Source of the DNA: an uncultured Acidimicrobiaceae bacterium
GTDB lineage: Bacteria > Actinomycetota > Acidimicrobiia > Acidimicrobiales > RAAP-2
Assembly: GCA_963841885.1 (NCBI GenBank)
Contig: CAWJEK010000016.1
Coordinates: forward strand, 30,586-94,585
Direction of reading: 5' to 3'
DNA: 64,000 nucleotides
Each line of letters begins with the position of its first letter. Within the stretch, counting starts at the first letter, position 1. Both the position numbers and the translations under genes were made by a program. The notes under the pieces are model-generated. The model was given only the letters and a program-made list of their open reading frames with translations. It searched no databases and was not told the DNA's origin. Positions 39,398-48,187 of the stretch are shown here, piece by piece.

Positions 39398-39979
39398 GGT
39401 CTCGCTCCTTCCCGGTCGGCGGCTCCGGTGGACGTGGCCCCGTGCAGCCAAGGGGGCCTGGTCGATCCGTCGGGATCGATCCGCTGGAGGATCCGCTCGT
39501 GCGCCTCCCGCAGTCCGCGCAGATGCCCGGGATCGAGAGCATCGAAGAACAGCTCCCGGACGGCGGCGACGTGGCCGGGCGCCGCCTGCTTCCACCAGGG
39601 CGAGTCCCGCCGGGGTCAGCACCGCCCGGATGCACCGTCCATCGTCGGGATCCCCTCCGCGGACCAGCAGGCCCCTCGTCTCGAGCAGGCGGGCGGCGTG
39701 GGAGAGGCGCGAGGGCGACGAGTTGGTGAGTGTCGCCAGCCGGCTCATGCGCAGGGCGTGGTCGGGCTGCTCCGACAGCATGGCGAGGACGGTGTACTCG
39801 AAGAGCGTGAGTCCGGCGCTCCGCTCCAACCGGGCGTCGAGCAGAGGCGGCAGCTTGGCCAGCACGCGGAGGAAGCCGAGCCACGCTTCGCGCTCGTCGG
39901 GCCGCAGCCACCCCGGCTCGACCACCCGGTCGGCCGTCCCCGCTGAATCCAAGGATTCGCCCGACATCGTCACCATCAC
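39394..39979 (-). pseudogene. MarR-family transcriptional regulator, one frame break
   Basis: wHTH core (LTLFEYTVLAMLSEQPDHALRMSRLATLTNSSPSRLSHAARLLETRGLLVR). The C-terminal helix (GHVAAVRELFFDALDPGHLRGLREAHERIL) continues in another frame. The junction is at ~39590. Confidence 0.7.
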
Positions 39980-40003
39980 CCGATCCTAGCCGTTGTTTGA
40001 TAT

Positions 40004-40048
40004 TTCAATTGAATATGGTACCGTAGTAGTTGCAGATACAACTACTAC
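40004..40048. promoter_or_regulatory. two palindromes in the AT-rich marR/dioxygenase divergent promoter region (candidate MarR operators)
   Basis: Perfect 10-bp palindrome TTCAATTGAA at 40004-40013. Perfect inverted repeat GTAGTAGTTG-N6-CAACTACTAC at 40023-40048. Confidence 0.45.
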
Positions 40049-40107
40049 TCTCCGCACCCCGCACGGCCCACGCACGACGGGCACGTCCGACAGGAAGGAA
40101 CGGCCCC

Positions 40108-40988
40108 ATGACCTCACCGATGCTGGCCCCCGAGCCCGGCGCCGCCTTCGACGCCTTCATGGCGGACACCGCGGCCTCCTCCCACGACCTTCCCCGGTGG
40201 ACAGCGGCGGACGGCCCGATGCCGGCGCTCTTCCTCGGCCACGGTGCCCCACCCCTGCTCGACGACCCCCTCTGGATCGACCAGTTGTTCACCTGGCGGA
40301 AGTCCCTCCCCACCCCGACGGCGATCCTGGTGGTCAGCGCCCACTGGGAGTGCGCGCCGCTGCGGCTGTCGGCGACGGGGGCGGCCGTGCCCCTGGTGTA
40401 CGACTTCGGCGGCTTCGCCGAGCGGTTCTACTCCATGACGTACCCGACTCCCGACGCCGGCGGCCTGGCCGACCGGGTGGCGGCGATGATGCCGGACGAC
40501 GAGCCGGTGCACCGGGACCGGGTGCGCGGCCTCGACCACGGCGCCTGGGTGCCGCTGAAGGTGATGTACCCCTACGCCGACGTCCCCGTCCTGCAGCTCA
40601 GCATCCCGACTCTCGACCCGACCCGGCTGCTGGCACTCGGACACCGCTTGCGCCCCCTGCGGGACGAGGGAGTCCTCATCATGGGCTCGGGGTTCCTCAC
40701 CCACGGCCTCCCCTACCTCACCCGCGAGCAGTTCATGGGAAACGGGGTCCCGGCGTGGTCCTCCGAATTCGACGGGTGGGCCGCCGCCGCCCTGGCGGCC
40801 GGTGACGTCGACACCCTGGCCGCCTACCGGGACCGCGCCCCGGGATGCCCTACGCCCACCCCACGGTCGAGCACTTCGTGCCTCTGTTCGTCACCCTGGG
40901 AGCGGCTTCCCGGCCCGACGCCCCGGTCGAGACGGCGATCGACGGCTTCCAGTTCGGCCTGGCCAAACGGTCGTTCCAGGTCGCCTGA
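40108..40988 (+). pseudogene. class III extradiol dioxygenase (LigB / 4,5-DOPA-dioxygenase-like), one frame break
   Basis: ALFLGHGAPP...ILVVSAHWE...VYDFGGF...GLDHGAWVPL...LIMGSGFLTHG are in one frame. The conserved end MPYAHPTVEHFVPLFVTLGAA...FQVA is in another. The junction is at ~40845. Confidence 0.7.
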
Positions 40989-41085
40989 GGTCGCCCGACG
41001 GTCGCCCCGGAGCCTCTTCGTGTCGGAGGGGGTGAAACGGGGAATGTCACCAGCCCCGAAGACGTTGCATCCGCAAGGAGCGGAC

Positions 41086-41886
41086 ATGAGGCACGACGAC
41101 GCATTTCCCCGAACGCGGGCACCGGCACCCACCCAGGTGACACCGCACCCCGAGGTGACACCGGACCCCGTCGCGGCCTCGTGGCGGCGGCCGCTCGCCG
41201 TCCTGCTCGGCGTGGTCTGGCTCGTGCTCTACAACTGGTGGGTCCCGGTGGCATTCGACCGCCGCCTCATGACCAGTCCGAACGAGTTCTTCAGCGACCT
41301 CGAGGCCACCGGACGCCCCGACGCCACCTTGCTCCAGCACCTCGACCTGGCGGCCGGGCTGGTCCTGGTGGTGGCCCTGCTCGTGCGGGGTCCGCTCGGC
41401 CGGACCGGGCGGCGCTCGGAGTGGCCCTGGCTCATCGCCATGGCCGTCGCCGGAGCCATCGGGGGACAGTTCTCCTACGCCTGCCCCGAAGGGCTGAGCG
41501 CGTCGTGCCGCGCCGCCGAGTGGCGCCTGGCGCTCCCCCACCACCACTACATCCACGTCCTCGCCGGGATCGCCGAGTTCGCGTTCGGCACCGTGGCCGT
41601 CTACCGGGCCTGGAAGCGCACGCGACCCAGGGAGAACGCGGTGACGCGGGCCATCCGGTGGACCGGACGCGTCCTGGTGTTCGCCTATCCGATCCTGGGT
41701 GTGGCCTACCTGACCGACCGTTTCGGAGCCTTCGTGGAGCCGATCTTCTTCACCTGCTTCTCGGTGATGGTGGCCGTCGAGATGCTGGAGACGGACCGGG
41801 TCGAAGGTCGCTCCGGACGAACCGGCGCCGCCGCGTCACTCGTGCGTCGGTCGCAGGACGACCTCGACCACGCCCGCGGTGGCTGA
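41086..41886 (+). CDS. membrane protein (DUF998-like, tentative)
   Basis: Six hydrophobic segments. RBS AAGGAG before ATG 41086. Family assignment is from memory only. Confidence 0.5.
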   Translation: MRHDDAFPRTRAPAPTQVTPHPEVTPDPVAASWRRPLAVLLGVVWLVLYNWWVPVAFDRRLMTSPNEFFSDLEATGRPDATLLQHLDLAAGLVLVVALLVRGPLGRTGRRSEWPWLIAMAVAGAIGGQFSYACPEGLSASCRAAEWRLALPHHHYIHVLAGIAEFAFGTVAVYRAWKRTRPRENAVTRAIRWTGRVLVFAYPILGVAYLTDRFGAFVEPIFFTCFSVMVAVEMLETDRVEGRSGRTGAAASLVRRSQDDLDHARGG

Positions 41887-41975
41887 TCCGGCGAGGTACG
41901 CGGGCCGGCGGGTGCCGGTGGGCGCCGGCCGAGCCGGTAGCGCCTGACACCGACGCCCGACCCACCCAGGCCGGT

Positions 41976-42338
41976 TCAGGCCTCCTTGCCGGCGATCTCC
42001 CGGTGGACTTCCTCCATGTCGAGGTTGGTGGCCTGGGAGATCAGGTCCTCCAGCGCGTCACCCGGGAGGGCCCCGGGCTGGCTGAACACGATCACCTGCT
42101 CGCGCAGGATCATCAGCGTGGGGATCGACTGGATCCCGAACGAGCCCGCCAGCTCCTGCTGGGCCTCGGTGTCTATCTTCCCGAACACGATGTCGGGATG
42201 GTCCTCGGAAGCCTGCTCGAAGATGGGGCCGAACGTCCGGCAGGGGCCGCACCACGACGCCCAGAAGTCGACCAGGACGGTGTCGTTCGTCGACACCACC
42301 TCGGCGAAATTGTCCTTGGTCAGTACCACCGTTGCCAT
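41976..42338 (-). CDS. trxA: thioredoxin
   Basis: Active site WASWCGPCR. 120 aa. Confidence 0.9.
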   Translation of the reverse strand: MATVVLTKDNFAEVVSTNDTVLVDFWASWCGPCRTFGPIFEQASEDHPDIVFGKIDTEAQQELAGSFGIQSIPTLMILREQVIVFSQPGALPGDALEDLISQATNLDMEEVHREIAGKEA

Positions 42339-42426
42339 TCCGTGCTCCCTTCTGAGCAGTCCTGGGTGGTCAACGCCGTGCCGGGTCGGTCCATTCCGCC
42401 GGGGTCCCGGCGCGTGCCCACGTCCT

Positions 42427-42807
42427 TCAGGCGCCCCGGGTACCGGTCTCCTGGAGGATGAGTCCGTTGCCGTCGGGATCGGTGAACGTCACGAACCGGC
42501 CCCAGGGCGCCGACTCCACCTCATCGGGGAGATCGACTCCCAGACCCCGCAGGCGGGTGATGTCGCCCTCGAGGTCGTCGGTCTCGAGGACGGTGCCCCG
42601 CGGGTGGCCGGCCGGCATGGTGTCGAACCAGGTGACCAGGGTGATCGAGGTGAGCACCCCGGGTGGACGCACCTGGACCCAGCGCATGCCGGGGCCCATG
42701 GGCATGTCGTCGACGAGCTCCAGACCGAGCACGTCGACGTAGAAGTCGCGGGCCCGGTCCTGGTCGGTGACCGGCAGCGAGAAGAGCTGCACGGCGGTGA
42801 CGGCCAC
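42427..42807 (-). CDS. VOC (glyoxalase) family protein
   Basis: LFSLPVTDQDRARDFYVDVLG...FTDPDGNGLILQE. Confidence 0.7.
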   Translation of the reverse strand: MAVTAVQLFSLPVTDQDRARDFYVDVLGLELVDDMPMGPGMRWVQVRPPGVLTSITLVTWFDTMPAGHPRGTVLETDDLEGDITRLRGLGVDLPDEVESAPWGRFVTFTDPDGNGLILQETGTRGA

Positions 42808-42810
42808 GGC

Positions 42811-43356
42811 TCAGTTCACCTTCAGCAGGTCGACGATGAAGATCAGGGTGTCGTCGGCGGCGATGCCGTTGCCGGGCGACTCGTCCCCGTAGGCGAGGTT
42901 CGGCGGGATGATCAGCTCCCGGCGGCCACCGACCTTCATCCCGGCCATCCCCTCGTTCCACCCGGGGATCACGTTGCCGCCGAGTTGGAACTGGAACGGC
43001 TGGCCCCGGCTCCACGACGAGTCGAAGATCTGCTTGGACGAGTAGGCCACGCCCACGTACTGGACGGTCAGCTGATCGCCCGGCTGGGCCTCGGCGCCCG
43101 TGCCCACGATGAGGTCCTTCACCTCCAGCTGGGTGGGGGGCGAGCCCGGGGGGACGGTGATCGTCGGCTCGGAACCCCAGGTGCCGGCGGGCGAGGGGTC
43201 CGAGATCGTCCCGATCGACGCGGGGGCGCTGGACGTCGTGGAATTGGCGGCGGCCGACGTGGTGGTGGGCGAGCTGGCCGCCGAACTCCCGCAGGCGGCG
43301 AGCCCCAGACCGGAGGCGGCCACGGCCACGAGGGTCCAGGTGCGGAGGCGGGTCAT
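42811..43356 (-). CDS. FKBP-type peptidyl-prolyl isomerase, lipoprotein
   Basis: Lipobox GLGLAACGSS. FKBP core (VQYVGV...FDSSW.RG.PF.F.LG...VIPGW.EG..GMKVGGRREL.IPP.LAYG). Confidence 0.8.
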   Translation of the reverse strand: MTRLRTWTLVAVAASGLGLAACGSSAASSPTTTSAAANSTTSSAPASIGTISDPSPAGTWGSEPTITVPPGSPPTQLEVKDLIVGTGAEAQPGDQLTVQYVGVAYSSKQIFDSSWSRGQPFQFQLGGNVIPGWNEGMAGMKVGGRRELIIPPNLAYGDESPGNGIAADDTLIFIVDLLKVN

Positions 43357-43498
43357 GGAGGAGGTTCCTTTCGCAACGGGGAGGGACAGGACCGACGCCC
43401 GGTGTCCCGGCCCAGACGGTAGCCGCCCGCTGCGGTCCCGGGGGTGCGGTACCCGGGTGAGGGCCGCCCGGCGTCACACCCCGCTGCCACGGTGGTCC

Positions 43499-44740
43499 AT
43501 GCTCCTCGACCGGCTCGCCCGGGTCACCGACCAGCTCCGCTCCTCCCTCGCCGACCTCGAGCCCGAGACCCTCAGCGGCACGGACGCGGCCCGGCTGCTC
43601 GACGCCTTCGCCGAGATCGAGCGGCTGGCGTCGGCCGGAACGCTCCTGGCCGCCCGGCGGGTGGAGTCCTCGAACGTGTGGCGGCGTGCCGGGCACCGAT
43701 CGGCGGCCGCCCACGTGGCCGAGGTGACGGGCACGGGTATCGGACCCGCCATCTCGACGCTGGAGACGGCCCGGCACCTCGGCTCACTGCCGGCCACCGA
43801 CGAGGCGGTCCGCCAGGGTCGCCTGTCCGGGAGCCAGGTGAAGGAGATCGCCGGCGCGGCCATCCTCCAGCCGGACGCCGAGCAGTCGCTCGTCGACGCG
43901 GCCGGCCAGCAGCCACTCAACATGCTCAAGCTGCGCTGTCGCCGGGTGCGTGCCGCCGGCCAGGACCAGAAGGCCGCCTACGAGGCCATCCACCGCGGCC
44001 GCTACCTGCGGAACTGGGTGGAGGACAACGGTGCGGTGCGGTTCGACGCCCGCCTGACCCCGGACGAAGGAGCGCGACTCCTCGCCGCCGTGGCCTCCGA
44101 GACCGAGCGCCTGGCGACCGCCGGTCGAACGGCCGGCGTCGACGAGCCCCGCAAGGCGCTCGCCGCGGACGCCCTGGTGGGACTGGCCTGCCGGGGCTCC
44201 GACCGGACGGGCGAGTCCGGAGCTGGACGGTCACCCGGCGCCTCGTCCCGGGGCGGGGTACCCCGGACCACCGTGCACGTCCGGGTCGACCACGCCGCCC
44301 TCGTCCGTGGCCACGTCGAAGGGGGCGAGCTGTGCGAGATCCCGGGCATCGGGCCCGTCCCCGTCGAGGTGGCCCGACGCCTGGCCGTCGACTGCGTGCT
44401 CAACGTGCTGGTGACCGACGGCGTCGACGTGACCGCCGTCGCCCATTCCGGGCGGACGATCCCGGTGGCGCTCCGACGGGCACTGGTGGAGCGTGACCCC
44501 GAGTGCGTCGTCCCCGGTTGCCCGGCCCGGGACGGCCTCGAGATCGACCATCTCCTGCCCTTCGCGGAGGGAGGTCCGGCGAGCCTGGAGAACCTGGCCC
44601 GCCTCTGCCACTGGCACCACTACCTGAAGACCCACCACGGTCACCGACTCGAGCGGGACGTCGGACCGGACCGCGCCTGGCGGTGGCTGGCACCCGAGGA
44701 ACCGCCGGCCGTGCCGGCGCACATCCTCCGCTCCGGCTGA
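43499..44740 (+). CDS. HNH endonuclease with an N-terminal DUF222 domain (13E12-repeat-type)
   Basis: DUF222-like N-terminus (LDAFAEIERLASA...AAHVAE). C-terminal HNH (CVVPGC...EIDHLLPFAEGG...NLARLCHWHHYLKTH). Confidence 0.8.
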   Translation: MLLDRLARVTDQLRSSLADLEPETLSGTDAARLLDAFAEIERLASAGTLLAARRVESSNVWRRAGHRSAAAHVAEVTGTGIGPAISTLETARHLGSLPATDEAVRQGRLSGSQVKEIAGAAILQPDAEQSLVDAAGQQPLNMLKLRCRRVRAAGQDQKAAYEAIHRGRYLRNWVEDNGAVRFDARLTPDEGARLLAAVASETERLATAGRTAGVDEPRKALAADALVGLACRGSDRTGESGAGRSPGASSRGGVPRTTVHVRVDHAALVRGHVEGGELCEIPGIGPVPVEVARRLAVDCVLNVLVTDGVDVTAVAHSGRTIPVALRRALVERDPECVVPGCPARDGLEIDHLLPFAEGGPASLENLARLCHWHHYLKTHHGHRLERDVGPDRAWRWLAPEEPPAVPAHILRSG

Positions 44741-44749
44741 GCCACGCCG

Positions 44750-46129
44750 TCAGGCCGGGGTGTCCTCGTCACCGTCCCCGTCGGCCGGGGCTCCGGACAC
44801 CGTTCCGACCGGACCGGTGCCGTACCCGTCCGTCATCGCCCCGTCCATGACGGTCCCGACCGGTGCGGCGCCGTCCAGGCCGACCCGGACCCCGGATGCG
44901 TCGTCCCGGGCCGCACCGTCGGTGGCCGTCCGCTGTTCCGCCCACGCCGCTTCGGCCCGGGCGGCCACGTCGCGCAGGGGCCGGCCGGTGCGGCGGGCGG
45001 CGGCGGCCACGTCGTCGTGCTCGGCCTTGGCCCGGGTGGACGTGGCCTTGACCCGGATGGGCTGACCGTCGACGACGACGGTGCCCACCGCACGGGCGGC
45101 CGGCCAGCGCTCCGCCATGGTCATCCGCACCCCCGGTGATCCCGTCTCCGACCGAAGGATCCCGCGCAGCGTCCGGACGTCGGCCGGGTCGCACAGTACG
45201 TGGACCACGTGGCCGGGGCGTCCCTTCTTCATCACCACCGGCGACAGCCAGGCGTCGTGGGCCCCGGACCCGAGCAGGGCACCGACCGTATGGGCGAGCT
45301 GTTCACCGGTGACGTCGTCGAGGGTGACCTCGAGTACGGCCACCGGCTGGCCCGAGTCGGCGTCCGGGCCGCCCTCGGCACCCACCCGCTTCCCGACCAC
45401 GACCTGGGTGCAGTTGGGCAGCTCTTCGAGCTCCCGGGACCCCGCGCCGAACCCCTGGGCCTCGACCACCATGGCCGGCAGGGGCCCGAACCCGGACGAC
45501 AGCGCGGCCAGGAGTGCCGCCCCGGTGGGCGTCGTCAGCTCGACCGGGAGGTCCCGACCCCACGTCGGTATGCCCGCCAGCAGGCCCACCACGGCCGGCG
45601 CCGGATTGGGCAGCATGCCGTGCGCCGCCCGCACCATGCCGGTGCCGGTGGCCACCGCACTGGACCGGACCTCGTCGACGCCCAGCACCTCGAGGGCCGC
45701 CGCCGTGCCCACCACGTCGATGATGGTGTCGTGGCCCCCCACCTCGTGGAAGTGGACCTGGTCGACCGGTCGGCGGTGCAGGCCGGCCTCCACCTCGGCG
45801 AGGCCGGCGAAGGTGGCGAGCGCCCGGGCCGCCACCCGCTCGGGCAGGCGAGCCTCCTCGACGAGACCCACGATGTGCGCATAGGTGCGGACCACCACGT
45901 GATCCTGTACGGAGACCACCACCCGGCTGGCGGCGATCCCGCCCCGCAGCACCGGCTCCACGTCGAGACCCCATCCACCGAACGGCAGCCGCCCGAGCAG
46001 ACCCAGCACCTCGTCGACGTCGGCCCCGGCGTCGATCAGGCTCCCGAGGGCCATGTCCCCGGCGATCCCGGCGAAGCAGTGGAACCAGGCCAGCGTGGCG
46101 GGGCCGTCCCCCGGTGCGCCTCGGTTCAC
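44750..46129 (-). CDS. larC: LarC, nickel insertion protein for the nickel-pincer nucleotide cofactor (single unsplit ORF)
   Basis: LAWFHCFAGIAGDM...VHFHEVGGHDTIIDVVG...ELTTPTGAALL...KKGRPGHVVHVL. The GTG start overlaps the larB stop (GTGA). A low-complexity acidic tail follows. Confidence 0.8.
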   Translation of the reverse strand: MNRGAPGDGPATLAWFHCFAGIAGDMALGSLIDAGADVDEVLGLLGRLPFGGWGLDVEPVLRGGIAASRVVVSVQDHVVVRTYAHIVGLVEEARLPERVAARALATFAGLAEVEAGLHRRPVDQVHFHEVGGHDTIIDVVGTAAALEVLGVDEVRSSAVATGTGMVRAAHGMLPNPAPAVVGLLAGIPTWGRDLPVELTTPTGAALLAALSSGFGPLPAMVVEAQGFGAGSRELEELPNCTQVVVGKRVGAEGGPDADSGQPVAVLEVTLDDVTGEQLAHTVGALLGSGAHDAWLSPVVMKKGRPGHVVHVLCDPADVRTLRGILRSETGSPGVRMTMAERWPAARAVGTVVVDGQPIRVKATSTRAKAEHDDVAAAARRTGRPLRDVAARAEAAWAEQRTATDGAARDDASGVRVGLDGAAPVGTVMDGAMTDGYGTGPVGTVSGAPADGDGDEDTPA

Positions 46130-46914
46130 GGGAGCATCCGGGCGACGGCGCAGGCCGCGCCGAACCCGTTGTCGATCCCGACCACCGTGATCCCGGCGGC
46201 ACAGGAGGCGTGCATGGCCAGGAGGGCCGTGACGCCCTCGAGGGCGGCGCCGTAGCCGGTGCTGGTCGGGACAGCCACCACCGGCGCCGGGGTGATGCCA
46301 CCGACCAGGCTGGCCAGCGCCCCCTCCATGCCGGCCACCACCACCACGGCATCGGTCTCGGCCAGCTCGTCGGCGGAGGCCAGCAGGCGGTGGACCCCGG
46401 CCACGCCGCAGTCGGCCAGCACCGTCGGCCGCAGGCCCAGGGCGACGAGGGTGGCCTCGCACTCGCGGGCCACGGGCAGGTCCGAGGTCCCGGCGGTGAT
46501 CACCAGGGTGCGGGCCAGCCGGGGCGCGGACGGGCGCCAGACCACCGTCGACAGGTCGCCCCGGACCTGGTCGGCTCCGGTGGCCCGACCGGTGACGGTG
46601 CGAAGGCCTCCGGGGTGGTCGCCGAGCGCCCGCGCCACCTGGTCCCCATCGGCCCGGGTCAGGATGACCGGAGGACCGGAACCGCCCGATCCGTCGGCGA
46701 GCAGTTCGGCCACGATGGCCGAGCACTGGGCCGCCGTCTTGCCCTGGCCGTAGACGGCCTCGGGCAGTCCCTGGCGGAGCGACCGGTGGTGGTCGACCTT
46801 GGCGAATCCCAGGTCGGCGAAGGGGAGGCGGCGTAGACGCAGCACGGCGTCGTCGGGAGAGCAGTCCCCCGAACGGACCTCGTCCAGGAGGCGCTGCAGC
46901 GCGAGTTCGTCCAT
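46126..46914 (-). CDS. larB: LarB, PurE-like carboxylase/hydrolase of nickel-pincer cofactor synthesis
   Basis: N-terminal LRRLPFADLGFAKVDHHR..R.G.PE.VYG.GK and a PurE-like C-terminal half (VVVVAGMEGALASLVGG...PVVAVPTS.GYG). Confidence 0.8.
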   Translation of the reverse strand: MDELALQRLLDEVRSGDCSPDDAVLRLRRLPFADLGFAKVDHHRSLRQGLPEAVYGQGKTAAQCSAIVAELLADGSGGSGPPVILTRADGDQVARALGDHPGGLRTVTGRATGADQVRGDLSTVVWRPSAPRLARTLVITAGTSDLPVARECEATLVALGLRPTVLADCGVAGVHRLLASADELAETDAVVVVAGMEGALASLVGGITPAPVVAVPTSTGYGAALEGVTALLAMHASCAAGITVVGIDNGFGAACAVARMLP

Positions 46915-46937
46915 GATGTTCACTATCCTGCCTGTCC

Positions 46938-47921
46938 ATGGCCCACGACGCACCTCCGGCGGCGTCCGGTGACGGCGGAGTGCGGATCGGCTTCCTCGGA
47001 CCCGAGGGCACCTTCACCGAGGAGGCGCTCCTGTCCGAGCCCGCCTACTCGGGTGCCGACGTCACCCCGTTCGCCTCGCTGGTCGACGTCCTCGAGTCGG
47101 TGCGCCGGGGCGACGTCGACCTGGGGTTCATCCCGTTGGAGAACGCCATCGAAGGCACCGTCCGGGACATCATCGACAGCCTGGTCTTCGACTTCGACCT
47201 GCGGATCCAGCGGGAGGTCGTCCTGGACATCCACCTGCACCTGATGGCCCCGCCGGGCACCTCGCTGGCGGACGTGGAACGGGTGGCCTCCATCCCGGTG
47301 GCCACCGCCCAGTGCCGGCGGTTCCTGACCGCCGAGCTGCCCAAGGCGGAGCTGGTGGCGACCAATTCGACGGCGGACGCCGCCCGGCTGCTCGGCCAGG
47401 GCGATGCCTCGCTCGCCGGTCGCCCCACGGCCGCCATCGCCCCCCGGCTGGCCGCCAGCCTCTACGGCCTCGAGATCCTGGCCGAGAACGTGGAGGACCA
47501 CCCCGACAACCAGACCCGGTTCATCGCCGTGGCCCGGTCCGGGATCCCGGCCCCGACGGGCCACGACCGGACGAGCATCGCCTGCTTCCAGAGTGCCGAC
47601 CACCCGGGCAGCCTGTACGCCATCCTCGGGCACTTCGCCGCCCGGAACATCAACCTGTCGAAGCTCGAGTCCCGTCCGACCAAGCAGGCGCTGGGCGACT
47701 ACTGCTTCATCATCGACTTCGAGGGCCACGTGGCCGACGCCATGGTGGCCGACTGCCTGGCCGACCTCCACGCCGAGCTGGCCGGGGTCAAGTTCCTGGG
47801 TTCCTACCCGGCGTCAGGGGCGGCCGGACCCGCCATCCGGGCCGAGGTCGACCTGTCGCGCCGCCGGGCCTCGGAGTGGCTGGCGGCGCTGCGCGAAGAG
47901 ATCGCCACTCCAGGAGCCTGA
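46938..47921 (+). CDS. pheA: prephenate dehydratase
   Basis: RIGFLGPEGTFTEEA...IPLENAIEGTV plus an ACT domain (SLYAILGHFAARNINLSKLESRPTK...YCFIIDFEGH). Confidence 0.85.
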   Translation: MAHDAPPAASGDGGVRIGFLGPEGTFTEEALLSEPAYSGADVTPFASLVDVLESVRRGDVDLGFIPLENAIEGTVRDIIDSLVFDFDLRIQREVVLDIHLHLMAPPGTSLADVERVASIPVATAQCRRFLTAELPKAELVATNSTADAARLLGQGDASLAGRPTAAIAPRLAASLYGLEILAENVEDHPDNQTRFIAVARSGIPAPTGHDRTSIACFQSADHPGSLYAILGHFAARNINLSKLESRPTKQALGDYCFIIDFEGHVADAMVADCLADLHAELAGVKFLGSYPASGAAGPAIRAEVDLSRRRASEWLAALREEIATPGA

Positions 47922-47982
47922 TCGCCCGACCACCCGCCGGGCACGGCCGGTCCGCGGCCGACGGCTACCCTGGCCACCACCG

Positions 47983-48067
47983 GGAGGGATGGCAGAGCGG
48001 ACGAATGCACGGCTCTTGAAAAGCCGCGAGGTGCAAGCCTCCGGGGGTTCGAATCCCCCTCCCTCCG
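47983..48067 (+). tRNA. tRNA-Ser (anticodon UGA)
   Basis: Acceptor GGAGGGA/TCCCTCC. Anticodon stem CGGCT/AGCCG with loop CTTGAAA. Long variable arm. T-loop GGGGGTTCGAATCCCCC. Discriminator G. CCA is not encoded. Confidence 0.9.
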
Positions 48068-48187
48068 CTGTGTGGGCTCGACCCATTCAGTGGACCACTT
48101 CTCGGGCAGAGTGGCCTTCTGGGTGGTGGTCGAGTGCAACGCCGTTCGACGGTTCCGCTGATGGGGCCCTCGAGCTGTGGTGCTCCA

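Noticed and set aside
45000-46129. Programmed ribosomal frameshift in larC, as described for Lactobacillus plantarum
   Set aside because: The LarC1-like and LarC2-like parts are contiguous in one open frame here, so no recoding is needed.
44750-47017. A 755-aa version of LarC
   Set aside because: The first ~296 aa overlap larB in another frame and are Arg/Gly/Pro-rich. The LarC homology begins at GTG 46129, which overlaps the larB stop.
47983-48187. Active integrative element at tRNA-Ser
   Set aside because: No integrase or recombinase gene follows the tRNA, and no direct repeat of its 3' end is found in the downstream 8 kb.
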